From positions 672,001 to 736,000 of the forward strand of contig OY764159.1 in the NCBI GenBank assembly GCA_963668175.1: DNA of 64,000 bases. Reading direction: 5' to 3'. Each line of letters begins with the position of its first letter. The first letter of the stretch is position 1. The notes below the pieces were generated by a model. That model made no database searches. It saw only the letters and a list, made by a program, of their open reading frames with translations, and was not told where the DNA came from. Position numbers and translations under genes: made by a program. Below are positions 31,313-40,483 of the stretch, piece by piece. The DNA is from Syntrophales bacterium (lineage in GTDB: Bacteria; Desulfobacterota; Syntrophia; Syntrophales; PHBD01).

Positions 31313-32179
31313 TTATCGGCCCAGGGCTTCCTCTTTTTTGCCGGCATCGGGGAAAAAGAGCGGCGATCCGTATTTTTGCACCCCGAAGGTCTTAATAATA
31401 GCCTGGGTGTCCTTGGATACCATGAAATCGGCGAAAGCCCTGGCTCCATCCACATTGATTTTAGGCCACTTCGCCGGATTGATCTCGATGACGTGATAGA
31501 TATTGAGGAGGATGGCATCGCCTTCTAGCAGGATATCGAGCCCCAGGCTCTTTTGCAGGGCCAGATACGTGCCCCGATCCGTCACCGTATAGGCCTTCTT
31601 TTCCGCGGCAACGCCCAGAGTCTGTCCCATGCCCAGACCCGTCTGCTGATACCATCTCTGGCCCTCGGGCTTGATGCCTGCGGCTCCCCATATCTTTTTC
31701 TCCGTCGCGTGTGTGCCCGAGTTGTCGCCCCGGGAAATAAAGAGCGCGCCGCCGGCGGCTATCTTCTTGAAGGCCTCCGTCGCGTTCCCGATCTTATTGA
31801 TGTGCGCGGGGTCGCTCTTAGGACCGACAATGATGAAATCGTTATGCATGACCAGTCTTCTGTTGACACCGTAACCTTCCGTTATGAATTTTTTCTCCGC
31901 GTCGGGTGAATGGACCAACAGGACATCGGCCTCACCCTTCCGTCCCATGGTCATGGCTTGTCCGGAACCTACGGCGATCGTTTTTACGAAGTAACCCGTA
32001 TTCTTGTTGAAAATGGGGATAAGGACATCCAGTAGTCCCGTATCCTGAGTGCTCGTAGTCGTCGCCAGAATGATATTCTTTTCCCCACCCGCAGCCGCAA
32101 ACGATGATACCGTACAAGGAAACCACATCGAAAATACGGCCAGTAAAATAAAGACGGATACTAAAAAGCGCTTCGTCAT
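31313..32179 (-). CDS. tupA: Tungstate ABC transporter substrate-binding protein
   Basis: Diagnostic ATTTSTQDTGLL, SRGDNSGTH, DRGTY; signal peptide. Confidence 0.92.
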   Translation of the reverse strand: MTKRFLVSVFILLAVFSMWFPCTVSSFAAAGGEKNIILATTTSTQDTGLLDVLIPIFNKNTGYFVKTIAVGSGQAMTMGRKGEADVLLVHSPDAEKKFITEGYGVNRRLVMHNDFIIVGPKSDPAHINKIGNATEAFKKIAAGGALFISRGDNSGTHATEKKIWGAAGIKPEGQRWYQQTGLGMGQTLGVAAEKKAYTVTDRGTYLALQKSLGLDILLEGDAILLNIYHVIEINPAKWPKINVDGARAFADFMVSKDTQAIIKTFGVQKYGSPLFFPDAGKKEEALGR

Positions 32180-32556
32180 ATCGGATGCACCTCCTGTTTG
32201 TGTCGAATGTTGCTTCCTGCCTCTCATTTTCGCGATCATCCTCAGGTCCGTATCAGGAACGTACGGTTGATTACGGGTCCCTTTTCTCCATCCCGTCAAT
32301 AGGTTATCTATATAAGAAGCGGTCTAAAATAACAACGGAAATCTATGTCTGTATGACACGGTATGCACTGCAAGGTCGAAGGTGACCCTTTCGCGTTGAC
32401 AGAAGGGCCCATTTCCCTGTAGCATCTCTTATGACGGCCCTTTATGGAGGAGCCTGCTTCCCGTTCTGCAGCCGTCATCGGAACTGTCCTGGCCGTGATC
32501 TTCAGCAGGAACCGGCAAGTTCAACCCAAGTACTATCCGTGTATCGCGCAGACGCC

Positions 32557-34071
32557 ATGACGAAAATACGGAAAATTTTCCTTATAGTTCTTCTTTTCAG
32601 CGCCGTCTGTCCGTTATGGCAGGGTATTGCCGGGGCGTCGCCTCCCGTTCGCCTGACTATCCTCCACGTCAACGATTTTCATGGACATCTCCTGCCGTTT
32701 GTCGAAAAAGCCATTAGGAATGAACCTGTCGGCGGCGCAGCTTCCTTGGCGGCAGCGATTACGGCGAAAAGGACCCGGAACCCGGACGGGACCCTGCTTC
32801 TATCGGCTGGCGACATGTTCCAGGGAGCGCCCGTATCGGACCTTTTCCGCGGGCAACCGGTTCTGGAGATGATGAATGCATCCCGTTTCGATGCCATGGC
32901 CCTCGGCAATCATGAGTTCGACTGGGGCCTGGATGTTTTAGACCGGTTGAGGGCAAGCGCCGCATTCCCTTTCCTGGCTGCAAATATTGTCGATTCAAGA
33001 GGAAAATATCTTCCGGGAGTCCAACCTTACGCCCTGTTTCAAAGAAAAGGAATCAAGATTGCCGTCATCGGCTTGACCACAACAGGAACGCCCTATGCAA
33101 CAAAACCGGACAACGTCAAGGGCCTTACGTTCATCGAACCGGCAGCGGTCTTACCGACGATCATGGCTGACGCGAAGGCGAATGGCGCCGGATTCTTCAT
33201 CGTCTTGTCCCACCTGGGCTTCGATAAAGACCGCGAGCTCGCACGACAGGTTCCCGGCATCCATATCATCGTCGGCGGTCACAGCCATACGATCCTCCCC
33301 AATCCGGTTATCGCCGGAGAAACACTCATCGTCCAGGCGGGCTATTACGGCATATACCTCGGGGCCCTGGATCTCGATATCGATCCGCTGAGCGGCAGGA
33401 TTGTCAACTATCCCCGAAAGGGCGTTCTGCAACTCATCGTACCGAACGATGCGGCGAACCGGACGCCGGTTTTTGTCGAAAAATACGACAAGCTGGTGCG
33501 GGCCGAATTCAATCGCATCGTGGGCCGCGCCGCAGTCGATCTGGTCAGAGCCGATGCCGGCGAGTCCAATATCGGCAATATGATAAGTGATGCCATCAGA
33601 GAAAGCACGGGCGCCGATGTGGCGTTTATGAACGGCGGCGGCATCCGGGCCGATATCCCTGCCGGCGAGATCACGATGGAACAGGTCTATACGATGGAGC
33701 CTTTTGACAATATCGTCGTTGCCATGGATTTGACGGGAAGACAGCTCGTGGACATCCTTGAAGAGAGCGCATCGGGGAGGCACCGCCTCATGCAGATGTC
33801 AGGATTGACGGTTCGCTACGACGCGGCAAGGCCGTCGGGTAAGCGCGTCGTCGCCGCGGCCGTTGCGGGCAGACCGATTGTCCATGACCGGGTTTACCGG
33901 GTGGCGGCCCACGATTTTCTTGCCGCCGGCGGAGATCAATATGTGACATTCCTTCACGGTAAGCGCGTGGCATACGGAGATTCCCTGCGGGATGTCATTC
34001 TTGCTTACATGAAACATCATGCGCCCGTTTCGCCCAAGATCGAAGGGCGGATTACCATTACAGGCCGATGA
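32557..34071 (+). CDS. Periplasmic 5'-nucleotidase/UDP-sugar hydrolase family metallophosphoesterase
   Basis: NDFHG, AGD, GNHEFD, LSHLG, GGHSH; C-terminal NGGGIR...PFDN domain; signal peptide. Confidence 0.9.
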   Translation: MTKIRKIFLIVLLFSAVCPLWQGIAGASPPVRLTILHVNDFHGHLLPFVEKAIRNEPVGGAASLAAAITAKRTRNPDGTLLLSAGDMFQGAPVSDLFRGQPVLEMMNASRFDAMALGNHEFDWGLDVLDRLRASAAFPFLAANIVDSRGKYLPGVQPYALFQRKGIKIAVIGLTTTGTPYATKPDNVKGLTFIEPAAVLPTIMADAKANGAGFFIVLSHLGFDKDRELARQVPGIHIIVGGHSHTILPNPVIAGETLIVQAGYYGIYLGALDLDIDPLSGRIVNYPRKGVLQLIVPNDAANRTPVFVEKYDKLVRAEFNRIVGRAAVDLVRADAGESNIGNMISDAIRESTGADVAFMNGGGIRADIPAGEITMEQVYTMEPFDNIVVAMDLTGRQLVDILEESASGRHRLMQMSGLTVRYDAARPSGKRVVAAAVAGRPIVHDRVYRVAAHDFLAAGGDQYVTFLHGKRVAYGDSLRDVILAYMKHHAPVSPKIEGRITITGR

Positions 34072-34283
34072 AGACGTACATAACCGTATCGGTAAACAAG
34101 GAACAGATCCGTATCCACCGGGGGATGACGGTCAAACATGCCCTCATCGCCTGCGACCAGGCCCTGTATGAGGCGGCGATGAAAGGGGATATCTCGCTGG
34201 AAGATGCCCGCGGTTTTCAAATCGGCCTGGACGGCGGGCTTGAAGACGGAGCGGAAATCGTCGCCCGATTTTGGTCCCGGTGA
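34068..34283 (+). CDS. Small hypothetical protein, possible beta-grasp fold
   Basis: ATGA overlap with nucleotidase stop; ITVSVN...GMTVKHAL...LEDGAEI pattern. Confidence 0.55.
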   Translation: MKTYITVSVNKEQIRIHRGMTVKHALIACDQALYEAAMKGDISLEDARGFQIGLDGGLEDGAEIVARFWSR

Positions 34284-34541
34284 TCCAACGTAAAGCCCGA
34301 GATTGGAGGTCGCCGCCCGGGCTCTGTGAACAACCGCCTGCCTTCACCTGGCAGGTCGGCCCGTCATGGTTCCTTTGACGCTGCAATTCTTCTCCATCAG
34401 GTCCTTGTGCAGGATAGGCAGGATTGTTATAATAAAGCATGAAAAGGAAGCGGTCTGTGAAAAATTTCCATGTACCATAGTAGTATGTAACGGCTGCATG
34501 GCGATCCTTTTGCAGACCGGTTCAGGGAGGCGAACCGCAGC

Positions 34542-37214
34542 ATGAGCGATTTGGGAAGGATGTTCAATCCGTCGTCGATTGCCCTGATCGGGGCAACGGA
34601 GGCTGAAGGTACCGTCGGCAGAAGAATACTGGAAAACCTCCTCCTGTCGGAAAAGCGCAAGATATTTCCCGTTAACCCCAACAGGAAAGAGGTGTTGGGA
34701 ATCCCATGTTATGCGCGGATGAGGGATGTTCCCGTCCATGTCGATCTGGCGATCGTTGCGGTTCCTCTCGATTCGCTGGCTTCCGTGACCGAAGAATGCG
34801 CCAAATCGCAGGCCGGCGGCGTTGTGATCACTTCGTCCCTGAACGGAACATCCGATCGGATGGACGGTTCGCTGGAAAGAATCCTCCTCGGCATCCGCCG
34901 GGAATACGGCATGCGCATACTCGGTCCGGAATGTCTCGGTTTCATCCGGCCCCACACGGGCCTGAACACGACACCGGTGTCCGGCATACCGGATAAGGGC
35001 GAAATTGCCCTGATCACGCAAAGTGTCGCCTTCGGCAAGTCGCTCTTTGACTGGGGTATCAGTTCAAATGTCGGCTTCAGCATGTTCGCATCCCTGGGGA
35101 TGGCTATGGATGTCGGTTTCGGGGATATCATCGATTATCTCGGCACGGATCCTCACACGCGCAGCATTATGATTTATATGGAGAGGAATCTGGGCGACGT
35201 GAAGAAATTTTTCGGTGCGGCCCGCGCGTATGCCCGGAACAAGCCGATCGTGATCCTCAAGCCCCAGGAATTTCCCGGGCAGAAGCAGGAAGCCATGTCT
35301 CATACATCCGTTCTGGCCGGGCCCGAAGAGGTGTATGACGCGGTCTTCCGTCGCCTCGGCGTCGTGCGCGTCTGGGAGGTCAAGGATCTTTTCAATACGG
35401 CGGCGGTCCTTTACGCCAAACAACTTCCCAAAGGGCCGAGACTGGCGATCATTACCAATGCCGGCGGGGCCGCCACCATGGCGGCAAACCGGCTGGTGCG
35501 TTCGGGAGGCCAACTGGCCGTACTGTCTCCGGAAACCGTGGCTCGCCTGGACGACGTCCTGCCGGCGCGATGGAATCGACGCAACCCGGTTGATATCTTC
35601 CGTACGGCCGGTGTCGAGCAATATATGGAAGCCGTCAGGGTGTCTCTCGATTCGCCGGACGTCGACGGCATCCTCGTGGTCTATACGCCGCTGAACGGCG
35701 CCCGCTCGGAAGAACTGGCCCATGCCCTGGGGCCTGTCGCCAAAGGAGCCCATAAGCCGATCATTACGACCTGGCTGGGAGGAAAGAATGTCCTGGCCGG
35801 GCGGGAAATCCTGGCCGGTTATAATATCCCGACATACGACACCCCGGAGGATGCCGTCCGGACGTACATCTATATGTACAGCTACGAAAGAAACCTGCAA
35901 CTGCTCTATGAAACGCCTTCGGAATTGCCCCTCAACGAAGCGCCGCCGAAGAATCATCTCAAAAATATGATCCGCAAGGCCTGCAAGGAAGCGGTGCCGA
36001 TCCTCACGGAGGAGGAATCGCGGAAATTTCTGGTCAATTACGGCATACCGACCCTGGAGACGAAAACGGCATCCAGCGCCGAAGAGGCGATCCGTTACGC
36101 CCATGCTATAGGCTATCCCGTGGTGCTCAAGATAGCATCTCCGGACATCATCTATCGGCAGGACGTCGGCGGTGTGATCATGGATGTGAATTCCGACGAT
36201 GTCCTGAAGACGGAATACGATAAAATCCTCAGGCGCGTCAGTCAGTATGCCCCAGATGCGGAAATTCGGGGTGTGTCGATTCAGAAAATGATCGAAGTCA
36301 TCGATTACGAATTGATTCTCGGGGCGCGGAAGGATCAGCTTTTCGGCTCCGTCATCCTGTTCGGGATGGGCGGAATCGGCGTTCAGTTGTACCGGGACTT
36401 TGCGATCGGCCTCCCTCCGCTGAACCAGGCGCTGGCGAGGCGCATCATCGAGGATACGGGAGTTTATAAGATGCTCCAGGGCTACCGGGGCAAGGCCCCT
36501 GCCGATCTTCGACAGCTTGAGCAGATCATCGTCAGTTTTTCCAACATGATCGTCGACTTCCCGGAGATTTTCGAGATGGATATCAATCCGATTGCGGTGA
36601 GCAACGGCAAGGCGTTCGCCCTGGGTTCGAGGATCATCCTCGATTCCGCCTGCCGGGATATCGGCGGGTCCTATACGCATCTGGTCATAACACCCTATCC
36701 GACGCGGTATATGTCGCCATGGCGCCTTTCCGACGGGACGGAGATCCTTTTGAGGCCGATCAGGCCGGAGGATGAGCCCTTGGAACATGAAATGTTCATG
36801 ACGCTTTCCGAGGAAAGCCTGCGGGGGCGCTACTATCAATCCGTCAGAAATATCAGCCATATGATGCATGTCCGTTCCTGCAATATTGACTACGACCGCG
36901 TGATGGCCATCGTGGCCGAACTGAGGGAAAACGGCAAACGCAGGCTTATCGGCATAGGCAGTTTCGAAATCGAGCCCGACTTCAAGAAATGCGAATTTGC
37001 CATTATGGTCCACGACGCGTTCCAGGGCAGGGGGCTGGCTTACAAGCTGCTCGACGTTCTGATCGGCATTGCCCGGGAGAAGCGCCTGGAAGAATTCTAC
37101 GGATATATCGAAATGCAGAACAAGAAGATGGTTCAGCTTTGCGAAAAACTCGGCATGATAAGAGAAGCCGGCGACGACGATGAGTTGTACAAGGTCAGGC
37201 TTTTTCTTCATTGA
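34542..37214 (+). CDS. Acyl-CoA synthetase (NDP-forming)-like/GNAT protein lysine acetyltransferase (Pat/PatZ family)
   Basis: FNPSSIALIGA, TNAGG, NPVD, GYPVVLKI, DINP, C-terminal GNAT (LRPIRPED...FQGRGL). Confidence 0.88.
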   Translation: MSDLGRMFNPSSIALIGATEAEGTVGRRILENLLLSEKRKIFPVNPNRKEVLGIPCYARMRDVPVHVDLAIVAVPLDSLASVTEECAKSQAGGVVITSSLNGTSDRMDGSLERILLGIRREYGMRILGPECLGFIRPHTGLNTTPVSGIPDKGEIALITQSVAFGKSLFDWGISSNVGFSMFASLGMAMDVGFGDIIDYLGTDPHTRSIMIYMERNLGDVKKFFGAARAYARNKPIVILKPQEFPGQKQEAMSHTSVLAGPEEVYDAVFRRLGVVRVWEVKDLFNTAAVLYAKQLPKGPRLAIITNAGGAATMAANRLVRSGGQLAVLSPETVARLDDVLPARWNRRNPVDIFRTAGVEQYMEAVRVSLDSPDVDGILVVYTPLNGARSEELAHALGPVAKGAHKPIITTWLGGKNVLAGREILAGYNIPTYDTPEDAVRTYIYMYSYERNLQLLYETPSELPLNEAPPKNHLKNMIRKACKEAVPILTEEESRKFLVNYGIPTLETKTASSAEEAIRYAHAIGYPVVLKIASPDIIYRQDVGGVIMDVNSDDVLKTEYDKILRRVSQYAPDAEIRGVSIQKMIEVIDYELILGARKDQLFGSVILFGMGGIGVQLYRDFAIGLPPLNQALARRIIEDTGVYKMLQGYRGKAPADLRQLEQIIVSFSNMIVDFPEIFEMDINPIAVSNGKAFALGSRIILDSACRDIGGSYTHLVITPYPTRYMSPWRLSDGTEILLRPIRPEDEPLEHEMFMTLSEESLRGRYYQSVRNISHMMHVRSCNIDYDRVMAIVAELRENGKRRLIGIGSFEIEPDFKKCEFAIMVHDAFQGRGLAYKLLDVLIGIAREKRLEEFYGYIEMQNKKMVQLCEKLGMIREAGDDDELYKVRLFLH

Positions 37215-37286
37215 TTGCTTCCATCCTCTTTCGCGGAGCCGTAAGCGTTGATCGCAGGTCCCATTAACCCATACAGGAGGTGTGAT

Positions 37287-37751
37287 ATGGCAGAGAAGAA
37301 AGTGATATCCGTCGGGAAAAAAGCGGCCGATTTCGTCCTCAGGGACCAGAATAACAAGGATGTCAAACTCTCCGATTATCGGGGCAAGAAAGTCGTTCTC
37401 TCTTTTCACCCATTGGCCTGGACCCCCGTTTGCGCCGAACAGATGAAGAACCTGGAAAAAAGCAGCAAGGTGTTCGAGAAGCTCAATGCCGTGGCTTTCG
37501 GGATCAGTGTAGACAGCGTTCCCTGCAAAGCTGCCTGGGCCAAGTCCCTGAAGCTTAAAAAGACCCGCCTGCTGGCCGATTTCTGGCCGCATGGGAAGGT
37601 GGCCAAATCCCTGGGCTTGCTTCGTGCCGAGGGCATCTCCGAACGGGCCCATATTATTCTCGATGAAAAGGGACGGGTCATTTATACCAAAGTCTATCCC
37701 ATCCGGCAGCTGCCGCCGATGGACGAGATTATTGCGGCCCTGAAGCCATAG
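37287..37751 (+). CDS. Peroxiredoxin (AhpC/TSA, AhpE-like)
   Basis: FHPLAWTPVC (PxxxTxxC), LLADFWPHG, ERA; AGGAGG RBS. Confidence 0.88.
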   Translation: MAEKKVISVGKKAADFVLRDQNNKDVKLSDYRGKKVVLSFHPLAWTPVCAEQMKNLEKSSKVFEKLNAVAFGISVDSVPCKAAWAKSLKLKKTRLLADFWPHGKVAKSLGLLRAEGISERAHIILDEKGRVIYTKVYPIRQLPPMDEIIAALKP

Positions 37752-37964
37752 GCCGCGTGCGAAGCGGTAGATACTCGCCGGCTGTTTTTCATGGTATCCA
37801 CTTGTTGCGGAGATAGAAAACAGTGCGATTCGTTGCGATTATCATAATCGGGAATAATTCGTGACCGATTATAGGGTATCGTCATTGGCTTTCCGGCCGT
37901 GAATCGGATACGTATCATAAATAATTGCTCATTCCATGGATGAACATGGAAGTGGATAACGTTA

Positions 37965-39143
37965 ATGGATGTGCAGGAAAATCCGGACACCGGGGTCATA
38001 TATTTAGATAACGCCGCGACTTCATGGCCCAAGCCCGAAGCGACGCTTCAGGCCATGGAACGGTATATGCGTTTTACAGGAGGCAGTCCCGGCCGTTCGG
38101 GCCACCGCCTGTCCATTGAGGCCGGAAGGATCGTGTTCGACACCCGGGACGCCCTGGCGGAGTTGTTCGGCATCGCCGACTCTTCCCGGATCGTTTTCAC
38201 GAAGAATGCGACGGAGGCGCTCAATCTGACCATTTCCGGTTTGCTCAATTCAGGCGATCATGTCATCTGTTCCGGGATGGAGCACAATTCGGTCATGAGG
38301 CCGCTCAATGCCATGACCGAACGGGGTGTTGAATATTCCATCGTTCCATGTGCCGGGACCGGCGAACTTGATCCGCAGTTCCTGGCCAAAGCCATTCGGA
38401 AAAACACCCGGGCCGTCTATCTGACCCACGCATCCAATGTCACGGGAGGCATCATGCCGATTGCGGAAGTCGGTGCCGTCGCGCGGGAGCATGGATTGAT
38501 TTTCTGTGTGGATGCGGCCCAAACGGCAGGAGCGCTGCCCATTGACGTCGCAACCATGAATGTCGACTTGCTCGCATTTACGGGACATAAGTCGCTCTTT
38601 GGACCGCCCGGGACGGGCGGTTTGTACATCGGGAAAGATCTTGAGGGACAAATCCGCCCCATACTTCGAGGCGGTACGGGAAGCCGGTCCGAATCGGAAT
38701 ATCAGCCCGATTTTCTTCCCGACAAGTATGAATCGGGGACGCCGAACACCGCCGGGCTGGCCGGGCTGGGTGCCGGCGTCCGGTTTGTACTTACGGAGAC
38801 CGTCGAGAAGATTCGCGCGAAAGAGCTTCAATTGACCTCTTTCTTCCTGGAAGGAATAACTGCAATTTCCGGTATCAGGATATATGGTCCGGGAAGCTTG
38901 GCAGGAAGAATTCCGGTAATATCTTTTGCTTTGGACGGGATGGACCCGGCGCAGGTGGCGCTGATGCTTGACGAAGAGTTCGGTATCATGTCCAGGCCCG
39001 GGCTGCACTGCTCCCCTCAAGCCCATAAAACAATCGGTACTTACCCGACCGGCACCGTCCGGTTCAGTTTCGGGTATTTCAACACGGAAGATCAACTTAT
39101 CAGCGCCCTGGCCGCTTTGGCTCAGATAAGACGCCACCGCTGA
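37965..39143 (+). CDS. Class V aminotransferase, cysteine desulfurase/selenocysteine lyase family
   Basis: YLDNAATS, EHNSV, DAAQTAG, TGHKSL, RPGLHC. Confidence 0.9.
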   Translation: MDVQENPDTGVIYLDNAATSWPKPEATLQAMERYMRFTGGSPGRSGHRLSIEAGRIVFDTRDALAELFGIADSSRIVFTKNATEALNLTISGLLNSGDHVICSGMEHNSVMRPLNAMTERGVEYSIVPCAGTGELDPQFLAKAIRKNTRAVYLTHASNVTGGIMPIAEVGAVAREHGLIFCVDAAQTAGALPIDVATMNVDLLAFTGHKSLFGPPGTGGLYIGKDLEGQIRPILRGGTGSRSESEYQPDFLPDKYESGTPNTAGLAGLGAGVRFVLTETVEKIRAKELQLTSFFLEGITAISGIRIYGPGSLAGRIPVISFALDGMDPAQVALMLDEEFGIMSRPGLHCSPQAHKTIGTYPTGTVRFSFGYFNTEDQLISALAALAQIRRHR

Positions 39144-39167
39144 ATCATTGCAATCGGAGGAAATCCT

Positions 39168-39791
39168 ATGATGAGGGAGATGCAGGTTGTCGATGCCCGC
39201 GGTCTTGCCTGCCCGCAACCCGTTATTCTCGCGAAGCAGGCCGTCGAAAAGCACCGGAGTGTCGAGGTGATTGTCGACGATACAATTGCACGGGAAAACA
39301 TCCGGCGCATGGCAAAAAAGCTGGGTTGCACCATCCAGATCGAAGAGAGGGAAAAGGGGATATTCCATATCCTGCTTACCCTCTCCGGCGGAGAGACCTC
39401 GGAAAAGCAGGGGGATATCTCCGCCGAATCCTTCTGTGGTCCGGTCCGGTCCCAAGGAACCCTGGTCGTTGTCTTTTCCGAAAATAAAATGGGAAGGGGA
39501 AATCAGGAACTTGGCGAAGTGTTGGTCAAAGCCTTCATCCATACGTTGAGTGAACAGGAAGAAGTTCCCGATACGATCATTTTCTATAATACCGGCGTGT
39601 TTTTAACGGTGAAGGACGGGGATAGCGTCGCTGATTTGAAGAAAATGGCCGACGCGGGGGCCAATATCCTCGTCTGCGGCACTTGCGCCAATTATTTCAA
39701 TATATCGAAGGATATCGCCGTGGGTGTCATATCCAACATGTACGATATCGCCGAGACCATGTGCCGGGCAGGACGCTTGGTGATGCCGTGA
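39168..39791 (+). CDS. yedF: YedF-type sulfur/selenium carrier (TusA/SirA + DsrE-like domains)
   Basis: DARGLACPQPV, MGRGNQELG, CGTC, ISNMYDI. Confidence 0.85.
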   Translation: MMREMQVVDARGLACPQPVILAKQAVEKHRSVEVIVDDTIARENIRRMAKKLGCTIQIEEREKGIFHILLTLSGGETSEKQGDISAESFCGPVRSQGTLVVVFSENKMGRGNQELGEVLVKAFIHTLSEQEEVPDTIIFYNTGVFLTVKDGDSVADLKKMADAGANILVCGTCANYFNISKDIAVGVISNMYDIAETMCRAGRLVMP

Positions 39792-40015
39792 TCGATGGTA
39801 AATCATATGGCGTCATTCTGTTCGATTCGGTGCATCATGCCCTGAAAGCGGAGAAGATGCTGAAAAAGAACGATATCGTCTTCAAATTGATTCCCGTCCC
39901 GAAGCACATCAGTTCCGATTGCGGTGTGTGCTTGCGTTTTCTTTTGGAAGACCGGGTATTGATTGAAGACGCCCTTGCCGACAAGGTGGCCTATCGAGAA
40001 ATCAGAGCATTGTAA
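39788..40015 (+). CDS. DUF3343 family putative S/Se carrier
   Basis: FDSVHHALKAEK...IPVPKHISSDCGVCL; GTG start overlapping upstream TGA. Confidence 0.8.
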   Translation: MIDGKSYGVILFDSVHHALKAEKMLKKNDIVFKLIPVPKHISSDCGVCLRFLLEDRVLIEDALADKVAYREIRAL

Positions 40016-40483
40016 ATCGCTGTAATGTCTCATGCCAGCCCGACTGCGTGACGAAGCCCATTAACGACAGGATAAGAAAATCATTTCACGCCGAGTTTTT
40101 ATGCCCGGCAGCAAATGGTTTTCGGGACCCGGGCCTCGTCATCGTCCTCATCCGGCCGTCGGGACTCACCTTACGCCTCCTCACCATATTCATTGACAAC
40201 AGGATCAATTTCGCTTAATATTCAATTACATCACGAGTTCGTTCATATGGTTGATCCGGCGATGATGAATCCTCTTCAAGATGATATGCCATAGAGAATC
40301 CATGTTCACCGCAAGGACCGACCGTGTACGCCGGCTTTTAATTCGGCGTTGCGATTTCTTCCTCCGCATCGGAAAATCCGGCGCAGATATTTCAATCCGG
40401 TGGTTTTTTGAAACAGACGGATGTTGATTCGATTTTCCGGGGGGGGACAGCGAAAGACATCAAGGCCTACGAAGTAAGCGAAA

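Noticed and set aside
32303..32333. GTTAT...ATAAC inverted repeat upstream of tupA as a ModE box
   Set aside because: Spacing (21 bp) is longer than in the ModE consensus; no Moco/Wco riboswitch pattern recognisable by eye.
32431..32520. Hairpin ATGACGGC...GCCGTCAT in the nucleotidase leader as a riboswitch
   Set aside because: No match to riboswitch consensus sequences I can recognise; an Rfam scan would be needed.
35064..37652. 862-aa minus-strand ORF
   Set aside because: Antisense shadow of the Pat and peroxiredoxin genes; no motifs; typical of GC-rich codon bias.
37287..40015. Possible selenocysteine (in-frame TGA) in the peroxiredoxin, YedF or DUF3343
   Set aside because: All catalytic positions are ordinary Cys codons; TGA codons fall at expected C-termini.
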